Source of the DNA: Rhizobium sp. Q54
GTDB lineage: Bacteria > Pseudomonadota > Alphaproteobacteria > UBA2966 > CAIVPW01
Length of the DNA stretch: 64,000 bases
Reading direction: 5' to 3'
Assembly (NCBI GenBank): GCA_945947575.1
Contig: CAMEYM010000019.1
Location: forward strand, 578 to 64,577
Program-made: the position numbers and the translations under genes
Part shown: positions 57,136 through 64,000 of the stretch, one piece after another
Layout: each line of letters starts with the position of its first letter
Numbering within the stretch: the first letter of the stretch is position 1
Notes under the pieces: model-generated
The model's input: only the letters and a program-made list of their open reading frames with translations
Databases searched by the model: none
Told to the model about the DNA's origin: nothing

Positions 57136-60100
57136 GCGGCGACGCGTCGCGCGATGAGCGCGCCCAAGGCGCGACGCCGTACGCCGAGCTGCAGGTCACC
57201 TCGAACTTCAGCTTCCTGCGCGGTGCTTCTCATCCCGAAGAGCTGGCACTGACCGCGGCGCGGCTCGGTCATGCGGCCATCGCCGTCACCGACCGCAATA
57301 CCCTGGCCGGCGTGGTGCGCGCGCACCTGGCTGCCAAGAACGCCGGCATTCGTCTGCTGGTGGGCACGCGCCTCGACCTCACTGACGGGCCGAGCCTGTT
57401 GTGCTTCCCGCGCCATCGCAAGGCCTACGGACGCTTGTGCCGATTGCTGTCGACGGGGCAGCGGAGGGCCGAGAAGGGCTCCTGCATCCTGCAACTCGAT
57501 GACGTGTTTGCGGACAAGATGGAGGGCGCTCTCGACCAGGTACTGATCGTCCTGGCGCCGGAGGAGAGCCTCGACGGTTTCGAGGACGTGCTGCGCGATG
57601 TCGCCCGCCGGCTGCCGCGGTCGCCGCGCCACCTGTACCTCGCCTGCCATCGCCTGTATCGCGGCGACGACGCGGCGCGATTGCGGCGCTTGGCCGCAAT
57701 GGCCGCGGCAGCCGGTATCCCGCTCGTCGCAACCAACGACGTTCACGCCCATGAGGCCGCGCGGCGGCCGCTGCAGGACGTGCTGTGGTGCATCCGCAAG
57801 CACTGCACCATCGACGAGGCCGGATTCCGTCTCGCCGCCAATGCCGAGCGGCACCTGAAGCCTGCCAGCGAGATGCTGCGGCTGTTCGAAGGCTATGAGC
57901 ATGCCGTGGCGCGCACGGTCGAGATCGCCAACCTGCTCAACTTCAATCTCGAGGAGCTGCGCTACGAGTATCCCGAAGAGACGGTGCCCCCCGGGGAGAC
58001 GGCGCAGTCGTTCCTGGAGGAGCTCGCCTGGGAGGGCGCCCGCTGGCGCTACGGCGAGGCGATTTCCGAGAAGGTGCGCGCGCTGCTCACCCACGAGCTG
58101 ACGCTCATCGGCAAGCTGAAGTTCGCGCCGTACTTTCTCACCGTGCGCGACATCGTGCTGTTCGCCCGCGCGCAGGGCATCCTGTGTCAGGGGCGCGGCT
58201 CGGCAGCCAACTCCATCATTTGCTACTGCCTCGGCATCACCTCCGTGGACCCGGCCGGAGGAGACCTTCTGTTCGAGCGCTTTGTCTCGCCGGAACGCGG
58301 CGAGCCGCCCGACATCGACGTCGACTTCGAGCACGAGCGGCGCGAGGAAGTGATCCAGTACATCTACAAGAAGTACGGCCGCGAGCACGCCGGCATGACG
58401 GCGACCGTCATCTCCTACCGTACGCGCAGCGCCCTGCGCGAGGTGACCAAGGCCCTTGGGCTGTCGTCCGACGTGGCGGGCGCGCTCGTCGGCATGGTCT
58501 GGGGCGGCGATCGCATCGGCGCGAAGGAAGCTGCGGCCGTCGGTCTCGATGCCAACGACGGCCGCCTGTTCCAGGCGCTCGAGCTGACCCGCACGCTGCA
58601 CGGCTTTCCGCGCCACTTGTCGCAGCATGTCGGCGGCTTCGTTCTAACCAGCGGTCCCTTGTGCGAGATGGTGCCGATCGCCAACGCGGCCATGGACGAC
58701 CGCACCATGATCGAGTGGGACAAGGACGACCTCGATGCGCTCGGCATCCTCAAGGTCGATGTGCTCGGTCTCGGCATGCTGACCTGCATCCGCAAGGCGT
58801 TCGGCCTCTTGGATCAGCATTACGGCTACAAGCTGAAGAAGGTGGAGGATCTCCCGCCGGCGGATCCCAAGGTCTACGACATGCTGTGCCGCGCCGACTC
58901 GGTCGGCGTCTTCCAGGTCGAGAGCCGCGCGCAGATGAGCATGCTGCCGCGGCTCAAGCCGAAGGACTTCTACGACCTCGTCATCGAGGTGGCGATCGTG
59001 CGGCCGGGCCCGATCCAGGGCGACATGGTGCATCCCTACCTGCGCCGTCGCGAGGGTATCGAGGCGATCACGTTCCCCTCGCTCGAGTTGCGCGACGTGC
59101 TGGCCAAGACCCTTGGCGTGCCTCTGTTCCAGGAACAGGCGATGCGCATCGCCATCGTCGCGGCGGGCTTCTCGCCCAGCGAGGCGGATGGACTGCGCCG
59201 CGCCATGGCGACGTTCCGGCGCAACGGCACCATCCACAAGTTCCGCGAGAAGTTCATCCGCGGCATGGACGAGCGCGGCTACGCGGAGGAGTTCGCGATC
59301 CGCTGCTTCAAGCAGATCGAAGGCTTCGGCGAGTACGGGTTCCCCGAGTCCCACGCGATGAGCTTCGCGTTGCTCGTCTACGCCTCGTCGTGGCTCAAGC
59401 ACTACTACCCCGCGGTGTTCGCCTGCGCGCTGCTCAACGCGCAGCCGATGGGCTTCTACGCGCCGGCGCAGATCGTGCGCGACCTCCAGGACCACGGCGG
59501 CCGCGTCCTGCCGGTCGACGTCAACCACAGCCAGTGGGACTCCACGCTGGAACGGGTGGGCGGTGCATTCGCGCTGCGGCTCGGCTTCCGCCAGGTCGAC
59601 GGCCTGCGCGAGGACGACATGAAGGAGAAACTCGTCGCTGCGCGCGATGGCACACAGAAGGCGATCCCGTTCCGCGACCCGCATGATCTGTGGCGGCGCG
59701 CCAGCCTGGCGCCGGCGGCGCTGGAGCGGCTCGCCAATGCCGATGCGTTCGGCTCGATGGGCCTGTCGCGGCGCGAAGCGTTGTGGGCGGTGCGGCCGTT
59801 GGGCTTGGCGCCGTTGCCGCTGTTCGCGGCCACACCCGCTGTCTCGCCGGCCGTCACGCCGACCGTTACGGTTTCGCGCGAGTTCGCCGAGCCGGCGGTG
59901 GCGCTGCCGCGGGCCGGCCTGGGCGAAGAGGTGATCGCCGACTATCGCTCGATCCGCCTGTCGCTCAAGGAGCATCCCATGGCGCTGCTGCGCCCGGGCC
60001 TCAAGGGCACGCTGTCCGCAGCGCAGCTCGCCGAGACGAAGCCGGATTCGTTCGTCACCGTCGCCGGCGTGGTGGTGTGCCGCCAGCGTCCCGGCACTGC

Positions 60101-60389
60101 CAGCGGCGTCATCTTCATGACCCTCGAGGACGAGACCGGCATCGCCAATCTCATCGTCTGGCCCAAGACGTTCGAGAAGTACCGCAAGGCGGTGCTGGGC
60201 GGCCGCGTCGTGGCGGCGATGGGACGCATGCAGCGCGAAGGCATCGTCATCCACGTCATCGCCCATCGCGTGGTCGATCTGTCCTCGCGCCTGACCGCGC
60301 TCAAAGATCCGCTGCCGCCGCTCGCACCCGGCTTCACCCCGCTGCCGGAGGCGGTGGCAGCGGGCTTCGCCTCGCGCGACTTCCACTAA
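57132..60389 (+). CDS. dnaE2: Error-prone DNA polymerase DnaE2 (ImuC)
   Basis: SNFSFLRGASHPEEL, GRGSAANS, PDIDVD, GFPESH and C-terminal SRDFH. Confidence 0.97.
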   Translation: MSGDASRDERAQGATPYAELQVTSNFSFLRGASHPEELALTAARLGHAAIAVTDRNTLAGVVRAHLAAKNAGIRLLVGTRLDLTDGPSLLCFPRHRKAYGRLCRLLSTGQRRAEKGSCILQLDDVFADKMEGALDQVLIVLAPEESLDGFEDVLRDVARRLPRSPRHLYLACHRLYRGDDAARLRRLAAMAAAAGIPLVATNDVHAHEAARRPLQDVLWCIRKHCTIDEAGFRLAANAERHLKPASEMLRLFEGYEHAVARTVEIANLLNFNLEELRYEYPEETVPPGETAQSFLEELAWEGARWRYGEAISEKVRALLTHELTLIGKLKFAPYFLTVRDIVLFARAQGILCQGRGSAANSIICYCLGITSVDPAGGDLLFERFVSPERGEPPDIDVDFEHERREEVIQYIYKKYGREHAGMTATVISYRTRSALREVTKALGLSSDVAGALVGMVWGGDRIGAKEAAAVGLDANDGRLFQALELTRTLHGFPRHLSQHVGGFVLTSGPLCEMVPIANAAMDDRTMIEWDKDDLDALGILKVDVLGLGMLTCIRKAFGLLDQHYGYKLKKVEDLPPADPKVYDMLCRADSVGVFQVESRAQMSMLPRLKPKDFYDLVIEVAIVRPGPIQGDMVHPYLRRREGIEAITFPSLELRDVLAKTLGVPLFQEQAMRIAIVAAGFSPSEADGLRRAMATFRRNGTIHKFREKFIRGMDERGYAEEFAIRCFKQIEGFGEYGFPESHAMSFALLVYASSWLKHYYPAVFACALLNAQPMGFYAPAQIVRDLQDHGGRVLPVDVNHSQWDSTLERVGGAFALRLGFRQVDGLREDDMKEKLVAARDGTQKAIPFRDPHDLWRRASLAPAALERLANADAFGSMGLSRREALWAVRPLGLAPLPLFAATPAVSPAVTPTVTVSREFAEPAVALPRAGLGEEVIADYRSIRLSLKEHPMALLRPGLKGTLSAAQLAETKPDSFVTVAGVVVCRQRPGTASGVIFMTLEDETGIANLIVWPKTFEKYRKAVLGGRVVAAMGRMQREGIVIHVIAHRVVDLSSRLTALKDPLPPLAPGFTPLPEAVAAGFASRDFH

Positions 60390-60398
60390 CGGCGAGCG

Positions 60399-60669
60399 CT
60401 ACTCCACAGCGCGCGGTGGGAAGGGGCCCGCCACCGCGGCAACGCGCACGCTCTTGTCGCGCACGGACTCGACCGCCAGCAGACCGCCGCCGGTCCCCTT
60501 CTCGCCGATCAGGTTGACGAGGATGAAGTCGCCGGCGCGCAGCATGTCGGCGCTCGGGTCGAAGTAGGACGGGGCGACGATCGCGGCCGCCCCGTCATGG
60601 CTGCGGAAATGCCAAAGGGTCGCGCCATTGGCGTAGCCGAAAATGCTGAGTTCAACCGCGTCCACCACT
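60399..60669 (-). CDS. Small phage-associated hypothetical protein (possibly 5'-truncated)
   Basis: ELSIFGYANGATLWHF...YFDPSADMLRAGDFIL resembles a small Rhodospirillales family recalled from memory, not searched; start unclear. Confidence 0.5.
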
Positions 60670-61703
60670 GGGTGCAGGACAAGGCGAACTCGATCCTCAT
60701 CAACGCATCGCGCATGGACGAGGAGTTCGACGGCATCGCCACCGGCCTGTCCACCGCCATCACCAAGGACGGCCAAACGACCGTCACCGCCGACCTGCCG
60801 ATGGCCGGCTTCAAGCACACCGGCGTCGCCAACGCGAGCGCGCGCAACCAGTACGCCACAGTGGCGCAGGTGCAGGACGGCGCCACGGCGTTTGCGGCGG
60901 CCGGCGGTACCGCCAACGCCCTGACCCTCACCGTCGGCCCCGCCGTCACCGCCTATGCGGCCGGCCAGATCTTCTGGGCCCGCCTCACGGCGACCAACAC
61001 CTCGTCCGCGCCGACCCTCGCCGTCTCCGGCCTCGCCGCCAAGACCATCAAGAAGCGCGGCGGCGCCCCTCTCGTCGCCGGCGACCTCACCTCCGGCGAC
61101 CTCGCCGGCTTCGCCTACCAGTCGAGCACCGACGACTTCCGCCTCGTCGGCCCGACCAAGGACACCGGCCTGGTCCTGATCGAGTCGCAGACCGCGGCGA
61201 ATTCGGCGACCCTCGACTTCACGTCGGGGTTCGGTGGGGAGTTCGACGAGATTCTGTTTGAGATCGTCGATCTGCTGCCGGCGACGGATGGCGATGGCTT
61301 CATCGCGCGCGTCTCGGTTGATGGCGGGTCAAGCTACGCCGCAGGAACCGCCTACGAGCACTTCCGCATTTCGGGTAGCAGCAGCGCGAATACAGTTATT
61401 GGGGGAAACAGCGCGGGGCAGGCGCATGCAACTCTGTGCCTGGGCCATATGGGTAACGTCGCAGGCGAAGGTGCGTCGGGCTGGGTTCGTCTGCTCAACA
61501 ATTCCGCCAGCGCTGCGGGGGCAAACCGGATCGTCAGCAACGTCAGCTACTACACCAATGACGCGACCCCGGCCTACGCGATGGTGATGGGCTGGTCGAG
61601 CTACAATGGCTCCGCCGATGACGTGAACGCATTCCGATTCATGTGCCTGACCGGGAACATCGCCTCGGGAACAATTCGCCAGTGGGGACGGAGAAGGGCG
61701 TAA
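60597..61703 (+). CDS. Phage tail-fibre/tail-like protein (N-terminus probably not native)
   Basis: FNRVHHWVQDKAN..RMDEEFDGIATGLS..ITKDGQTT..LPMAGFKHT tail-attachment-like region; Ala/Thr/Gly-rich, with a compositionally different C-terminal part. Confidence 0.72.
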   Translation: MAAEMPKGRAIGVAENAEFNRVHHWVQDKANSILINASRMDEEFDGIATGLSTAITKDGQTTVTADLPMAGFKHTGVANASARNQYATVAQVQDGATAFAAAGGTANALTLTVGPAVTAYAAGQIFWARLTATNTSSAPTLAVSGLAAKTIKKRGGAPLVAGDLTSGDLAGFAYQSSTDDFRLVGPTKDTGLVLIESQTAANSATLDFTSGFGGEFDEILFEIVDLLPATDGDGFIARVSVDGGSSYAAGTAYEHFRISGSSSANTVIGGNSAGQAHATLCLGHMGNVAGEGASGWVRLLNNSASAAGANRIVSNVSYYTNDATPAYAMVMGWSSYNGSADDVNAFRFMCLTGNIASGTIRQWGRRRA

Positions 61704-61735
61704 CGGCGCTTTCGTCGCGCTCCTCTGAGCGAGTC

Positions 61736-63103
61736 CTAGTTTGGCCGCGTGCGCCGCGCCGCCGCGACGATCGCGGACGCGACGATCTCGTTGCCTTCGC
61801 GATTGTAGTGGGATCCTGAAAAGACGAACCGCGACTCGATGGGATGGCCGTCGAACTCCGGCGTGAGGTCAAGGGTCTCCAGGTCCAATGCTTTGGCAAT
61901 CCCAAGAACCTGGGTGCGGGTCGCGAGGATGTGCTGCTTGGCCCAGTCCGGAGAATAATAGGTGTCCGAGGGCAGGTAGACGAAGAGCACGCGGCCGTCC
62001 GCTTCCCCGACCTGTTGCTTGGCCGCCAGGAGCGTGGCGCGCAGCAACTCCAAGTTCTCCGGCGCGATCTCCTGCCGGACCGCTTCGCCCCCGCCGCCGA
62101 AGTAGGCCAGCGGTCCCAATAGGAGCCGCCGCACTTCGCGTAGTTTGGCGACGCCGCCCAGGTCCGCCAGGGGCCGCTTGGACGCGTTCTCACTTTCCGG
62201 CTGCGCCAGCAGCAGCGCGTCGGCCGATGCGCGAAGCGCGGCATCGATTTCATCCTGGCGGGCGGCGAGAGACTGATTGAAGTCGGGTCGCAGGTAGCTG
62301 CGCAGTACGGGGAGCTGGCCCTCGGCAATCAGATTGCCGAGGTCGTTGCCCTCGAAGAACAGCCAAACCAGCACGCGTGGGCGCACGGCCGCCCCGTATT
62401 CGCGCAGCGATGCCAGCTCGAGCAAGGGACCGTTACCGCTCATGCCGAGGTTGATCGTGCCGGGGATCTGCTGTGCGACCATCCCGGCAATGCTGTCAGC
62501 GTGCGATGTGCACGCACCGTGTGCGTACGAGTCGCCCACGATCACAATCTCCACGCCGGCATCCCACACATGGTCCGGATTGTTGAAGCCGAACCGGTCA
62601 CTCCGGTAAGGGTGGAACTGGCCGGACTCGTTGCAGTAGACGGTGACAGCATTGCGGACGCCGCCGACAACGAACAGGGCCGCGTTCGGGGCACGATGCG
62701 CAGCGACCTGAGCGGAGGGAATCATGGCCGGGACAGCGTAGGTTCCGGCGTTGCGCAGGTCGCGAATCACTTCGCTCGACAGACGCCTATCGGGAACGAC
62801 GCCCCGCCGCATGGCTGCGGACTCCATGCTTTGATCGGACGTTCCGCCGGCGCGCAAGTAGAGCTCGCCGAGATAGGCGGCTGCGCCCAGCGAGACGCAA
62901 GCGACCGCCACAGCGCGACGATGCTCCCGCGGCAGGGCAAGGACGGCCGCCAGTCCTGCGGCCAAAAGCAGCGCGCCGCCAGCTACCAGCGCTCCGACAG
63001 GCCCGGCGTCGAGCGTCGCCGCGCGCAGGCCGATGGCGAGCGCGCCGAGCGCCGCCAACACTAGCGCGACGTCTTCGACCCCGCGACCCGTCCTACTTCG
63101 CAT
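61736..63103 (-). CDS. Membrane-anchored SGNH/GDSL hydrolase-like protein
   Basis: N-terminal TMs; blocks GDSY, NLGMSG, EGND and SHYN. Confidence 0.8.
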   Translation of the reverse strand: MRSRTGRGVEDVALVLAALGALAIGLRAATLDAGPVGALVAGGALLLAAGLAAVLALPREHRRAVAVACVSLGAAAYLGELYLRAGGTSDQSMESAAMRRGVVPDRRLSSEVIRDLRNAGTYAVPAMIPSAQVAAHRAPNAALFVVGGVRNAVTVYCNESGQFHPYRSDRFGFNNPDHVWDAGVEIVIVGDSYAHGACTSHADSIAGMVAQQIPGTINLGMSGNGPLLELASLREYGAAVRPRVLVWLFFEGNDLGNLIAEGQLPVLRSYLRPDFNQSLAARQDEIDAALRASADALLLAQPESENASKRPLADLGGVAKLREVRRLLLGPLAYFGGGGEAVRQEIAPENLELLRATLLAAKQQVGEADGRVLFVYLPSDTYYSPDWAKQHILATRTQVLGIAKALDLETLDLTPEFDGHPIESRFVFSGSHYNREGNEIVASAIVAAARRTRPN

Positions 63104-63208
63104 CCACCCACCTCGCGCGTCTTCGCCGTTCGTGCGCAGCCGCGCCAGCATACCGCATCGGAATCGCTCGACTGCGCCGCGCGTTCAGAACCGAAGGGAG
63201 GCAATCGC

Positions 63209-63628
63209 ATGGCGGTAGCCGTCGCAACGATCCTCGCCGACACCATCGGCAAAGTCCTCGACCGCGTCCTGCCCGACCCCGTGGCGCGCGACAAGGCGCG
63301 GGCGGAGCTCGCGCGGCTGCAGCAAGAGGGCGCGCTGGACGAGGCGCGCGCGCAGCTCTCGGCGATCCTCGCCGAGGCCGCGTCGCCCGATCCGTGGACG
63401 TCGCGCGCGCGGCCGGCGTTTCTCTACGTGATGTACGCCGTCATCCTGGGATGCCTGGCGGGAGGCATCGTCGGCATCTGGTGGCCCGCCCACGTCGCCA
63501 CCGCCGCGCAGAACGTCGCGGCGCTGCTCGGCGCAATTCCGGAGAGCCTGTGGTGGCTGTTTGGCGCCGGCTACCTCGGCTACACCGGCGCGCGCAGCTT
63601 CGACAAATGGCGGGGCGTGGCGCCCTGA
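63209..63628 (+). CDS. 3TM-type holin (GTA/phage family)
   Basis: IGKVLDRVLPDP, AEA.S.DPWTSRARP and LGYTGARSFDK; GGGAGG RBS. Confidence 0.85.
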   Translation: MAVAVATILADTIGKVLDRVLPDPVARDKARAELARLQQEGALDEARAQLSAILAEAASPDPWTSRARPAFLYVMYAVILGCLAGGIVGIWWPAHVATAAQNVAALLGAIPESLWWLFGAGYLGYTGARSFDKWRGVAP

Positions 63629-63752
63629 AGCGCGGCTCATACCGCTGGCGGTATTGACCCCCACATACCTGAATCGATTATTGGCGTGCCGTGCAGGTCG
63701 CGCTAGCCCGTACTGCCGCAAGGACGCTCGAACGGCTTCCGCGCAATAGCAG

Positions 63753-63834
63753 GTGAATATCAGCCAGATCGAGACCGGCGCGCGCCCTCGGCGTCACGCT
63801 GGACGACGTCGCGCCGCTGCCGCCCGAGGACTGA
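63753..63834 (+). pseudogene. Remnant of an XRE-family HTH gene
   Basis: ISQIETGAR in one frame joined to ALGVTLDDVA...TGA in another. Confidence 0.6.
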
Positions 63835-63846
63835 AGTCAGTCCTCG
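63825..63846. terminator. Perfect hairpin, possible terminator for the tRNA or the XRE remnant
   Basis: CGAGGACTGA-AG-TCAGTCCTCG. Confidence 0.5.
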
Positions 63847-63883
63847 TTGCGGGCCTTCGGTTCTGACGCGTGCGGAAGGAGAG

Positions 63884-63958
63884 TGGTGGGGCTGCCTGGG
63901 ATCGAACCAGGGACTTCTCGCATGTGAAACGAGCGCTCTACCGCTGAGCTACAACCCC
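63884..63958 (-). tRNA. tRNA-Val(CAC)
   Basis: GGGGTTGTAGCTCAGCGGTAGAGCG-CTCGT-TTCACAT-GCGAG...GGTTCGATCCC...CCCCACCA. Confidence 0.96.
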
Positions 63959-64000
63959 GTACCGGTGTGAACGGTAAGGTCCAAGAGTCGGGTTCCGGCC

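Larger units (their letters stand above)
60399..63846. mobile_element. Decayed prophage/GTA-like remnant at the 3' side of tRNA-Val
   Basis: Tail-like gene, antisense cargo gene, holin and XRE fragment cluster here; no integrase or att duplication seen. Confidence 0.6.

Noticed and set aside
49..63749. Numerous long overlapping or antisense ORFs in the ORF track (e.g. 6680..8275, 12653..14584, 43359..45692, 29116..31017)
   Set aside because: Shadow frames expected in high-GC DNA; Arg/Ala/Pro-rich and overlapping well-supported genes.

Overview
High-GC alphaproteobacterial (Rhodospirillales-like) chromosomal segment, mostly housekeeping genes. It carries class I aldolase, tsaC, fadD, hdac-xseB-ispA-dxs-tlyA-RNA methylase, aroC-fabI, pdxH-fieF, hpt, kup, ispB, glyQ-glyS, tag-ygfZ, pyrC, cysQ, a LexA-boxed imuA-imuB-dnaE2 cassette, tRNA-Pro(CGG) and tRNA-Val(CAC). 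Points not explained by routine annotation: (1) a DUF559/Vsr-like endonuclease gene bracketed by inverted copies of a CCCTCCCCC/GGGGGAGGG palindromic repeat, with further solo copies nearby (candidate nuclease-plus-repeat mobile unit); (2) four paralogous small secreted DUF1344-like genes, each with its own promoter, leader hairpin and related terminator, around a membrane spermidine-synthase-like gene; (3) a PPDK truncated at a domain boundary; (4) an HTH-extended Phd antitoxin with VapC; (5) an atypical segment inside glyS; (6) a decayed prophage/GTA-like remnant next to tRNA-Val; (7) several pseudogene lesions. No CRISPR array, rRNA, integrase or transposase was seen. All family calls are from motif recognition by eye; no database search was run.
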